Positions 19,523-27,307 of a stretch of 64,000 nt of DNA are shown piece by piece (the first letter of the stretch is position 1; each line of letters opens with the position of its first letter). The stretch covers positions 1 through 64,000 of the IMG/VR virus record IMGVR_UViG_3300045988_166360. One strand, given 5' to 3'. The notes under the pieces were generated by a model. It was not told the origin of the DNA and did no database searches. It saw only the letters and a program-made list of their open reading frames with translations. Both the position numbers and the translations under genes were made by a program. The DNA comes from a virus.

Positions 19523-19951
19523 TTAAAGAATGCCCTGAAAAACCCGGTAGATTTTACCGCTTCCCGGCATGGTGCGGGGGTCATGCAGTGCGTAGGGGGT
19601 TAGTCCAAAAGGGCACCATGCGAGAAACTCACTGATTTCCAAGGATTTCAGGCAATCAACGGCATTGACGGCGGGGGAATCCGTAACTACGATTAAATCA
19701 CGCGCGCCCGCGCGGATAAGTTGGAAATTTTCATAAGTTTTTGAGTATCCGGGGGTTTGATACGCCGCCATTAACACTATCGCTTTATCAATTTCCGCGG
19801 GGGTCAGCTGATAAGATTTGACGCGGACTTCTGCGAGGCCCCATGATTCAACGGTCAACGTCCAAACCGTTTGATTGTCAATGCGTTCCCGTTCAACCTT
19901 CCAATTCAAATGCAGGTCTTCAATGTGCCCTTTCGTATGTACTGTCTTCAT
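19523..19951 (-). CDS. Hypothetical protein (142 aa), first gene of the leftward early array
   Basis: ORF immediately downstream of the leftward promoter at 20003-20030. Confidence 0.55.
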   Translation of the reverse strand: MKTVHTKGHIEDLHLNWKVERERIDNQTVWTLTVESWGLAEVRVKSYQLTPAEIDKAIVLMAAYQTPGYSKTYENFQLIRAGARDLIVVTDSPAVNAVDCLKSLEISEFLAWCPFGLTPYALHDPRTMPGSGKIYRVFQGIL

Positions 19952-20002
19952 TTTTAATGATTTCTATTGTTTTATTTCCCCCGGATTCCGGGGAACAGGG
20001 TC

Positions 20003-20030
20003 ATCATATCAGGGGCGGGGGCCTTGTCAA
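20003..20030 (-). promoter_or_regulatory. Leftward promoter TTGACA-N16-TATGAT at the edge of the control region
   Basis: Read on reverse complement: -35 at 20025-20030, -10 at 20003-20008. Confidence 0.55.
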
Positions 20031-20040
20031 CCCACGGTTT

Positions 20041-20076
20041 CCGCGGTATCCGTTGATTCCGCGGTATCCGTTGATT
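20041..20076. repeat. Direct 18-bp repeat (CCGCGGTATCCGTTGATT)x2
   Basis: Read directly. Confidence 0.9.
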
Positions 20077-20141
20077 CTTAGGTAGTTGTGATTGTGTCAT
20101 ACAAGATTTTCCGGGTTCCGTGGGCACAGGGGATTCCGTGG

Positions 20142-20196
20142 CTTCCGGGGGTTCCGGGGGTTCCGGGGGTTCCGGGGGTTCCGGGGGTTCCGGGGG
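20142..20196. repeat. Non-coding tandem 9-bp repeat (TTCCGGGGG)x6, i.e. (GGAACCCCC)n on the minus strand
   Basis: Read directly; same GGAAYCC-core family as the coding arrays. Confidence 0.9.
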
Positions 20197-20280
20197 TCAA
20201 CTTTTATACACCATACCTATACCCCTATGGGTATAAGAGTACAATATATAGGGCCCCCCCCCCTCAAACTGGTCAAATAT

Positions 20281-20380
20281 TTGACTATTTCGAAATCGAA
20301 ACAATTAAGAAAGGGTAACTGTTTCCTTTCTTAAATAGTTAAAGAACATTGACTATTTCGAAATCGAAACAATTAAGAAA
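20281..20380. repeat. Two exact 32-bp direct repeats (TTGACTATTTCGAAATCGAAACAATTAAGAAA) separated by a TTAAGAAAGG/CCTTTCTTAA hairpin
   Basis: Copies at 20281-20312 and 20349-20380. Confidence 0.9.
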
Positions 20381-20803
20381 TCTTAACTAATCGGCTCAAT
20401 TTTGCATTATATGTATTATGCGAAGTATGGAAGGGAAAAGCTTTAAGAATCAACAGGTTACGCTAAACAGGGTGCCAATAGGAAACAAACTGGGAAAAGG
20501 GGCGGCTGAATGTTAGAGCACCCGCGGAACCCACTGTTCCCCATACACTTAGGAAGAAACGGGCACCAAGAAATCAACGGAATCAGGGAATCAAAAGGAC
20601 ATTATGGAGACCGTCCGGGTTAGAGTTACTCGAACCTGACTTCTGGGAAAATCTGGAACTTTTTGAAAAATTTTTCAACCAAAAAAGACCAAATACCACC
20701 ACGGTTTCCAGGGCTCCGGGGAAGCAAAGTGGCCATTGTAAAAGATTAACTCAAATTTTTTCGGGGAAGACACGGGGCTAAATACCCCTTCTGGGCACAG
20801 AGG

Positions 20804-20828
20804 CTGTCAAGAAAAATCGACACGCGGC
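20804..20828. repeat. Copy A of the exact 24/25-bp element TGTCAAGAAAAATCGACACGCGGC (palindromic core TGTC-N10-GACA)
   Basis: Exact match to copies B and C with unrelated flanks. Confidence 0.9.
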
Positions 20829-20927
20829 GGGCTCGGGAGACAAACAGAGGTGAGGACTAAACAGTGAAGATAACGTAGGTGTTCTTAAACAACCTGCGGA
20901 CTAAAAACAGTCATGAAAGTATACAAA

Positions 20928-20967
20928 GTTCTAATCAGTTCTACCTGGTTCTACTGGGTTCTAATGC
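20928..20967. repeat. Four GTTCTA hexamers phased at exactly 10 bp (helical repeat)
   Basis: GTTCTAATCA GTTCTACCTG GTTCTACTGG GTTCTAATGC. Confidence 0.8.
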
Positions 20968-21106
20968 AACGAACCCCTGCTGAAACCCAAAGGGTTAAGA
21001 GGATTCAGGGTTAGAGTTACTCGAAGGTTCAGAAATAAAATCAAGTTACCGTCACAGTGACGATAAACTCCCTTCTGACTGACGACAACGTTTACAAACA
21101 GGAGGT

Positions 21107-21131
21107 CTGTCAAGAAAAATCGACACGCGGC
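21107..21131. repeat. Copy B of the 24/25-bp element TGTCAAGAAAAATCGACACGCGGC
   Basis: Exact match. Confidence 0.9.
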
Positions 21132-21158
21132 CTGGCTTCATTTTCATCCACTTCATGC

Positions 21159-21186
21159 TTGACAGAAGAGAAATTTCTGCTATAAA
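21159..21186 (+). promoter_or_regulatory. Near-consensus sigma70-like promoter TTGACA-N16-TATAAA inside the non-coding region
   Basis: -35 at 21159-21164, -10 at 21181-21186; no protein gene follows before the terminator at 21373. Confidence 0.6.
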
Positions 21187-21192
21187 AGCCTT

Positions 21193-21373
21193 CGGTTCTC
21201 GAAGAGGTCTGCCGGGGCTCACTCCCCCAACTGTAGACCCGCCCTTTACTCAGGTAGCCGCAACAGACAATGACGAGTAAAACTGTTGGCCGGGCAGACC
21301 TGGTGTCGGGTTCGAGAACCAAACTTCCATTGGATACCCCGGAGGTCGCGGCAACGGCTTCCGGGGTTTTTTG
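21193..21373 (+). ncRNA. Candidate small RNA 1 (about 180 nt) bounded by promoter 21159-21186 and intrinsic terminator 21337-21373
   Basis: Inferred from promoter plus terminator spacing; the only ORF here runs through the terminator. Confidence 0.4.
21337..21373 (+). terminator. Intrinsic terminator (stem CCCCGGAGG/CTTCCGGGG with one mismatch, followed by TTTTTT)
   Basis: Read directly. Confidence 0.6.
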
Positions 21374-21398
21374 TTGTCAAGAAAAATCGACACGCGGC
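21374..21398. repeat. Copy C of the 24/25-bp element TGTCAAGAAAAATCGACACGCGGC (directly abuts the terminator T-tract)
   Basis: Exact match. Confidence 0.9.
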
Positions 21399-21494
21399 AG
21401 AAACAAAAATCCGGGAGAGATTCCCGTAATGGCAAACCTCTCCCGGACAGAGTGACGAATAGTGAATAGTGAAGCGAATAGAAAGGAGGTGCTC

Positions 21495-21671
21495 ATGCAA
21501 AGAATCTTAACCAGAGCGGTTTCTGAATCCACGTCGCGTAGTGGCTTCAACAGGGGTTTTGCACAGGCAACGGCACCACCTTATCAGTCATTGAGTTTGT
21601 TGTCAAGGATATTGATTCCCGACCTGAGTTCTATAAAGAATCCCTTTTCCCGCAATGTTACCCTACCGTAA
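21495..21671 (+). CDS. Small ORF (58 aa) preceded by the only perfect Shine-Dalgarno sequence in the window (AAGGAGGTG at 21485-21493, 5-nt spacer)
   Basis: SD and ATG read directly; product is Ser-rich low complexity; could instead be an RNA element. Confidence 0.3.
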   Translation: MQRILTRAVSESTSRSGFNRGFAQATAPPYQSLSLLSRILIPDLSSIKNPFSRNVTLP

Positions 21672-21967
21672 CCGCGTTAATTGGGAAAAACGGGTTCGTG
21701 GTTCTGGGAGAAAAAACCACGCCGTTTTAATTAGGAGTAACTCTGTGAAAATAAAATTTAGGAATTTACAATGTTACCCAACCTTTCCACGCCTTTCCTA
21801 TTTCGTCTCCTTAGTTTGTCCGTCTCCCATCTTCAAAGCGGTTTTAGATAGGGGTAACATTGCAAGAACAGGAACAAATGGAAACATACACAATACAGAA
21901 ATCATCACATAAAGGAGAAACCCAAACAGAAAGTTGACAAGAGAAGGCAAGGAGGAACCCAAAAAAC

Positions 21968-21996
21968 TTGACTCAGAAAAAAGGTCATGATAACAT
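21968..21996 (+). promoter_or_regulatory. Sigma70-like promoter TTGACT-N17-TAACAT
   Basis: Read directly; about 110 nt upstream of the terminator at 22104. Confidence 0.4.
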
Positions 21997-22002
21997 CACT
22001 CA

Positions 22003-22146
22003 GGTTCTGTTCCTTAAAAGAGTATCAGACGAAAAAGGTTAAAATGTGTTCTGAGTCTTGTCAGGACAGGCCCATAATCGCGTTCATGGTTTCTGATTAG
22101 AGTCTGAGGGAGTCTATCCGAAAGGGTGAGGCTCCCTCAGTTTTTG
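22003..22146 (+). ncRNA. Candidate small RNA 2 (about 140 nt) ending at the strong intrinsic terminator
   Basis: Promoter plus terminator spacing; no plausible ORF. Confidence 0.35.
22104..22146 (+). terminator. Strong intrinsic terminator: perfect 9-bp stem CTGAGGGAG/CTCCCTCAG followed by TTTTT
   Basis: Read directly. Confidence 0.75.
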
Positions 22147-22339
22147 TAGTTAAAGAGGAAGCACATACACCAAACTCAAGCCCTAGCCCGAGAAGGCCCT
22201 TCCCTCATTGAAGCTAAACCAGTTATGCAATTTGTAGTTGAAAAAATAGTTTTGAAATAGTAGGCAAAAATTACGTCTAAACTACGCGTAAGTGACTGAT
22301 TATTAAATGCGGGCCTTTATTTGTAGTAAATAGTAGTAG

Positions 22340-22440
22340 AGAAAAAAATTGTATATATATATAATTTATAATATATAAAAAAAAAAAAAATAAAAAAAAT
22401 ATATTTACTGTATTACTATTTACTATTTAAAAAAAAAAGA
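22340..22440. repeat. AT-only low-complexity tract ((TA)n, A13, A8, A10) - candidate DNA-unwinding element or bend
   Basis: Read directly. Confidence 0.8.
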
Positions 22441-22736
22441 CAGTTAACCTGTTGAAAATCAACCTGTTATGAATAGTTTTACCAAAAACTATTTTTGAAC
22501 CCCCGGAGTCCAAGGAACCCCCGGAATCCACTCTCCGACATCATGTAACATGTTCGAGATTAGTGGCTTACAAAAATAGTTGTGACCTCCTTTCTGCTTC
22601 AACTACAAAACGTAATTTCTTCTATTTCAATGACTTCTCATCCACACACAGCTCTCATCTACCCGGGTGTAGTCCAGCAAAGAGCTGTCCTCACCCTCTG
22701 AATGTCAGTTTCAGATACAAACCTGACACTTTTCGC

Positions 22737-22765
22737 TTGACTTCCTCCACTTCGTCTGCTAAGGT
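22737..22765 (+). promoter_or_regulatory. Rightward promoter TTGACT-N17-TAAGGT; ATG of the first plus-strand gene lies 9 nt after the -10 (near-leaderless)
   Basis: Read directly. Confidence 0.5.
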
Positions 22766-22773
22766 CTCCTTCC

Positions 22774-23457
22774 ATGACCGAAACATCTAATCTGGACCTG
22801 AGCCACTACCGACAATACCTGCATATAGACCCCCAATACCTTTGGGACGAAAAAGAGCAATGCTTTCAGACCCGCAGTATGAGAGCCCAGGAATCCACGG
22901 ATTCCGTTGTGGCCTGCATTCTGAAAGTCTTTTGTGAATCCCCTCTCTATGTATCTCTCGAAAGACTGCATCGGCTCTTCTGTCTGATAAAAGGAAGAGA
23001 AGCGGACCCCACGGAATCCGCGGCCCTCAAGGAGCTTTTTCTTATTGCTTTTTATCCTGTAAGTGCTGAGCTTCGTCTCCCGACTTATTGCAGTTTTCAA
23101 TACGTGTGGAGCAAGGGCGGGTATGCAATGGCACATTATAGCGAACATCTCCGTTGGGAATTTAATAATGAATATGGCATCTACACCGACAAAGTTCTTC
23201 CTGTCAATAAGGTTCCTTTGTGCAATCTACTGGACATCAAACAGAAACGGTGCTATCCCATGCTTCTGGCCATCATCCATGAGCTGAACGGCAAATCCCT
23301 TGCCATACCCGAACTGCTCAGGAATCCTTATTTGTCGAAGTTCAGCAGGAATACCGTACTGAAACATGCCGAAGATGTATCAGCCCGGTATGGGCTTAAA
23401 ACATCGTCAGGCCGCCCTGCGGTTTTGAATTCCGACTGCAAAATTTTCTATTACTGA
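22774..23457 (+). CDS. Hypothetical protein (227 aa), first gene of the rightward arm
   Basis: ORF; start of co-oriented replication operon. Confidence 0.6.
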   Translation: MTETSNLDLSHYRQYLHIDPQYLWDEKEQCFQTRSMRAQESTDSVVACILKVFCESPLYVSLERLHRLFCLIKGREADPTESAALKELFLIAFYPVSAELRLPTYCSFQYVWSKGGYAMAHYSEHLRWEFNNEYGIYTDKVLPVNKVPLCNLLDIKQKRCYPMLLAIIHELNGKSLAIPELLRNPYLSKFSRNTVLKHAEDVSARYGLKTSSGRPAVLNSDCKIFYY

Positions 23458-23463
23458 TAAACC

Positions 23464-26328
23464 ATGACGACACAAAACAACAATACGCCGGAGGACGATT
23501 TGGAACTTACATTCACGTCACTCCGTCTTAGCCAGTTGCAGTTCAAAACAAAAGGCACGAAACTCGCCACAGCGGGAAGTTGCAACCATTCAATATCCAT
23601 TCCATTGAGGGACGTGCTTTGTCTCTTTAAAGGGGAGAAGATTACCAACCCGGAACTCATCCGGTTCTCCTATCAGGTGAAAATGTTCCAGGCAATGCAG
23701 AATCTGGTAGATGAAGAATCTCTTTGTCTCCCGCCCCTGTATACCCGGATATTAGCGCAATGGAAGAAGCTGGGCCTCACGCCGGGGGAACTAAAACCCT
23801 CGCTCCCTGCTGTTGTGCCCTCTGTTCAGTTCCTGGGCAAACCCGGTTTCTATGACTTTTCCGCAGGTTCCTGTTACTACACTAACCGCAGGCTTGTCTC
23901 CGTTGACGGAACTTCCTGGCGGCATACAGGTGTCTTCGGCATTGACGTGGACCTTAAGGAAAACCCGGAACATACTGCGGAGTCATTACTGGATGTGGCT
24001 CGCGCCAAACTCCCGGGCCTTGACGGCTTTCTGTTTGCCTATGTAAGTCCGAACCGGGGGCTTAAGATTTTCTTCCAGGTCTCTCATCAGAATCTGCAAC
24101 AGCTGAATCAGATGCCTCAGCTGGAAGGTGAAGAAGGAGAAGAGCTGGATGTAAAGCGTTTGGCCAATGAGCGTGCTTTCCTTCATAATGTCGTCTACTA
24201 CAAATTGGCTGATTATGTAGCTAAGGAAACGGGGTTTGTTCTGGACATGGCCTGCAAGGACCCGGCACGGATGCAGTTTCTCTATCTGGGAACCTTTATC
24301 CCCGGAACCCAAGGAACCCCCGGATTCCATGTAAGCAACATTGCCGAAGTAAAGGAAGCATACCTGAGAGATGCGAAGAATCGTCCAGTTAATTCGGAAC
24401 TCCCCAGCGTAGCTCCCGGTTCTCCTAAACCCAAAATTCTGGTGGATTTCATTCGTTGGCTTAAAGTCAATGAGTACCATGATACGGCCCAGGGCCTTGA
24501 GCAAATGGACTATGTTAAGGGTGATGGGTGCCTCTACGGCGAATGCCCTCAATGTCGTGGCGGGAGGTCTGAAGTCAGCACAAATCTTGACCTTAGATTT
24601 TATCCTCACCCACAGTATGCAAATCGTTCCTACTTCTATTGCTTCCATGCCAGTTGCCATGGTGCTAATCCCGATGTTGTGTCTGTCCAATGGCTCTTCA
24701 ATCAGTACCTTGCGGATATTGAGGCTGAAGTGGAAAAGAATCTGAATGTAGAAGTCTGGTGTCAGGACCCTTTGCTGATGAAATGTTTCATGCAGGGGTT
24801 GAGCCCTGTCAACTCCAACGCCTCAATACCTGATGTCAGCTCTGCGAAACTGCGTCGGCTGGATTACCCTTATGTTAAACAGTCCAAGACAGGGAAGCTG
24901 ATACCTCTTCTGACCGACAGGAATATTGGTCATCTTCTGCACTATGGACTTAATATCAGGGTGTTCCGTCGCATGAACACCCAAGAGCTTCTCCTTTTGG
25001 ATTTCAAGAACTGCAGGTGGTACGAAACCAACCCGGCTATTCTGTCCCAGATTTCCGGGTTCTGGCAGGAGGTGGTGCCGGGACAGGCTATTCCGGCGCA
25101 ACGCCTGATGGATGCGTTGCGTAATCTGGCGCAGAGCAACTACTATCACCCATTGGCAACATTCGCCAGTTCGCGCCCCTGGGATGCTCAGGACCGTCTT
25201 CGCAATTTCCTTGACTTCTTTGTCATGGACCAGACTGTGGAAATGCCCGAAGGCTGGACTCCTGACTCCTATAGGGATGCAGTCCTTACCACCTGGCTCA
25301 TCTATCTCTGGAAACGTGTCGCCATGCGTCTCGACCTAAACCCCACAGGCACCGTGAATCAAGGGTTCCCCCAGAACTATGTACCTGTGTTTTCCGGGAA
25401 GCAGGGTGTAGGTAAGACCAAAGCTACCGAATGGCTCTTCAATGGGTTGTCCATTGATAAAGCTCAGTCCATTGAAGGTTCAAACAGCGCAGACTCTACG
25501 GTTCAGATGTCCCGGCACTCTGTTATCGTACTCGACGAAATTGATGAGGAAGTATCTAATAAAGCCAAGCAGAGCAAGCTGAAACGGATTCTCACCGGAG
25601 AATCGGACAACTGCCGTATTGCTTATGGGTCTGCACCGTCAACCTATCACTATTGCGCCAGTGTCATAGGGTCCACCAACCAAAGCCAGTTCCTGCGGGA
25701 CAACTCCGGCTCCCGTCGTTATTATCCGCTTATTCTTGGTGAACGTCCGAAACCAAAAGAACCTCTGCCCGAAGGTGTAGATGTTAACTGGGATGCCGTT
25801 AAGAAGCTGTTCGAAATGGATAACCAGCAACTCTGGGCCCAGATTAAGTACATGGTGGATTCCGGGGAAGCTGATAAGTACAGCTGGTCGAAACTGGTTA
25901 AGGTTGGTGAATACGTAGCTTCGAATTACGCCAGTTGCCAGGGGGACGATACGGACCTGGTGAAATATCTGGTGCCCGTGGCTCTTAAGGATACGGATGT
26001 GTCGGGGGGCCGTTTGTCCAAAAAGATTCCCGGAAATTTTACAACCATGCGAAATGTCCTTGAATACGTGCGAGTTACCTGGGGTAACGGGTCCCGGCAG
26101 GAAGGCTGGGATGATAAGAATTTTGAGCGCGACCTTGCTCAAGCGTATGGGCGGGATTCCCTGATGAAGCATAGTGTCCGGCGTGAGTGTGACCCAGGTC
26201 CGGTTCAACGTTATTTCTTCCTGCCTGTTGACCTGTGGATGAAGGAAGCCAGCAGGGAAACAAAGGAGCGAATCTATGCACAGTACCCCCATATTGAGAA
26301 ATTGTCACAAACCTCGCTCGAAAGTTAA
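23464..26328 (+). CDS. Primase-helicase fusion: N-terminal archaeo-eukaryotic-type primase/polymerase domain (GIDVDL motif), Cys/His zinc-binding segment (CPQCRGG...CFHASCHG), C-terminal SF3/D5-like P-loop NTPase (GKQGVGKT Walker A; VIVLDEID Walker B)
   Basis: Motifs read in translation; 954 aa. Confidence 0.8.
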   Translation: MTTQNNNTPEDDLELTFTSLRLSQLQFKTKGTKLATAGSCNHSISIPLRDVLCLFKGEKITNPELIRFSYQVKMFQAMQNLVDEESLCLPPLYTRILAQWKKLGLTPGELKPSLPAVVPSVQFLGKPGFYDFSAGSCYYTNRRLVSVDGTSWRHTGVFGIDVDLKENPEHTAESLLDVARAKLPGLDGFLFAYVSPNRGLKIFFQVSHQNLQQLNQMPQLEGEEGEELDVKRLANERAFLHNVVYYKLADYVAKETGFVLDMACKDPARMQFLYLGTFIPGTQGTPGFHVSNIAEVKEAYLRDAKNRPVNSELPSVAPGSPKPKILVDFIRWLKVNEYHDTAQGLEQMDYVKGDGCLYGECPQCRGGRSEVSTNLDLRFYPHPQYANRSYFYCFHASCHGANPDVVSVQWLFNQYLADIEAEVEKNLNVEVWCQDPLLMKCFMQGLSPVNSNASIPDVSSAKLRRLDYPYVKQSKTGKLIPLLTDRNIGHLLHYGLNIRVFRRMNTQELLLLDFKNCRWYETNPAILSQISGFWQEVVPGQAIPAQRLMDALRNLAQSNYYHPLATFASSRPWDAQDRLRNFLDFFVMDQTVEMPEGWTPDSYRDAVLTTWLIYLWKRVAMRLDLNPTGTVNQGFPQNYVPVFSGKQGVGKTKATEWLFNGLSIDKAQSIEGSNSADSTVQMSRHSVIVLDEIDEEVSNKAKQSKLKRILTGESDNCRIAYGSAPSTYHYCASVIGSTNQSQFLRDNSGSRRYYPLILGERPKPKEPLPEGVDVNWDAVKKLFEMDNQQLWAQIKYMVDSGEADKYSWSKLVKVGEYVASNYASCQGDDTDLVKYLVPVALKDTDVSGGRLSKKIPGNFTTMRNVLEYVRVTWGNGSRQEGWDDKNFERDLAQAYGRDSLMKHSVRRECDPGPVQRYFFLPVDLWMKEASRETKERIYAQYPHIEKLSQTSLES

Positions 26329-26362
26329 GATTTTTTCTTGACAAAAATTATAAGAAGGTCAC

Positions 26363-26398
26363 AATGGGCCCGTCCTGCGGGTACGAGGCGGGCCCATT
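26363..26398 (+). terminator. GC-rich hairpin (AATGGGCCCG...CGGGCCCATT) after the primase gene; no U-tract, so weak terminator or processing site
   Basis: Inverted repeat read directly. Confidence 0.35.
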
Positions 26399-26451
26399 CA
26401 GCTTCCTCCTTACCCGCTGTTGAATACTAAAACGCCAACCAGCAATAAGAC

Positions 26452-26916
26452 ATGAATAGTGTAACCGAACCGAATGAACATGACATGACCCTGTACTCCG
26501 AAGATGGAGTTCCGGTCATTCGCATTCCCCGCCTCTGCCCCTACTGCCACCAAAGCCATGTGCAGTTTGAGACAGAAGTGTACTCATCCCAGACCGTGAT
26601 ATATCTGACCTGCCCTGTCTGTGGAATTTCGACTGCCCCTTATAAGCCGGGCCCGGAGGCTTCCGTAGTTACTGCCCAGTATTTTGTCATGAAGCAGTGG
26701 CTTCGGCAGATTGCCATGCTTCCGGCATTCATGCTGTTGCGCCCCGGGGACGACTTGCTTCTCAAGGACTCTGCTCACGTAACCGCAGTAACCACGCCGC
26801 TGGAATCTGACCATAATTTTCTGGTGATGGACAAGGAGGGCCGGGTCTTTATGATAGCTCCCTCTGACATTGACTCCGCGCTTAACGACCGCATCAAAAG
26901 AATCCTTAAACACTGA
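26452..26916 (+). CDS. Hypothetical protein with zinc ribbon (CPYCHQSH...CPVCG) (154 aa)
   Basis: ORF, motif. Confidence 0.55.
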   Translation: MNSVTEPNEHDMTLYSEDGVPVIRIPRLCPYCHQSHVQFETEVYSSQTVIYLTCPVCGISTAPYKPGPEASVVTAQYFVMKQWLRQIAMLPAFMLLRPGDDLLLKDSAHVTAVTTPLESDHNFLVMDKEGRVFMIAPSDIDSALNDRIKRILKH

Positions 26917-26920
26917 AACC

Positions 26921-27307
26921 ATGAACGACTTGATTGTTGCGCCCACAACCATTGCAGATTATATTGACCGGACTTTCAAACAGATGGGGCTGGTGGAATC
27001 TTCTTCCGACCTTCTCCGACACCTGCAATGGGAGATTGAAGAGTATAAGGACGCGGAAGGTTCTGACAGAGCCGCCGAGGCTTTTGATGTAGCCGTGCTT
27101 GCCGTGCGTCTCCTTCATGCCGTGCTGAATGAAGCGGAGGATTACAGTGCCGCCAATTACAGAGCGTTTGAGAAAGAGAATGAGATACGGAAGCGGATGC
27201 GTTATGCCCTCAAGTTTTTTAAGGAAAGGAGCGGTGAGAACCTCCCCGGGGCTACTCCCTACGAGTGCTATGCCGACGCGAAGAAACACCTTAACCAGAT
27301 GGACTGA
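26921..27307 (+). CDS. Hypothetical protein (128 aa; ORF opens at 26870 but first non-overlapping ATG is 26921)
   Basis: ORF tightly coupled to the polymerase gene. Confidence 0.5.
   Translation: MNDLIVAPTTIADYIDRTFKQMGLVESSSDLLRHLQWEIEEYKDAEGSDRAAEAFDVAVLAVRLLHAVLNEAEDYSAANYRAFEKENEIRKRMRYALKFFKERSGENLPGATPYECYADAKKHLNQMD

Noticed and set aside
21300-21330. tRNA gene (GGTTCGAG T-loop-like string; also GGGTTAGAGTTACTCGAA x2 at 20610 and 21009)
   Set aside because: No acceptor or anticodon stems could be folded around these strings by eye. The second element is a simple 20-bp direct repeat. A tRNAscan run would be needed to exclude this definitively.
20804-21398. CRISPR array (three identical 24-bp repeats; several 9-bp tandem arrays)
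   Set aside because: Only three copies with spacers of about 270-300 bp, far longer than the CRISPR spacers of 26-72 bp. The 9-bp arrays have no spacers at all. No cas genes are present.
44-22163. 16/17-nt identity between 44-60 (GTAGCTAAAGAGGAAGC) and 22144-22160 (GTAGTTAAAGAGGAAGC)
   Set aside because: The expected number of such near-matches in a 64-kb self-comparison is about 10, so this is chance level.
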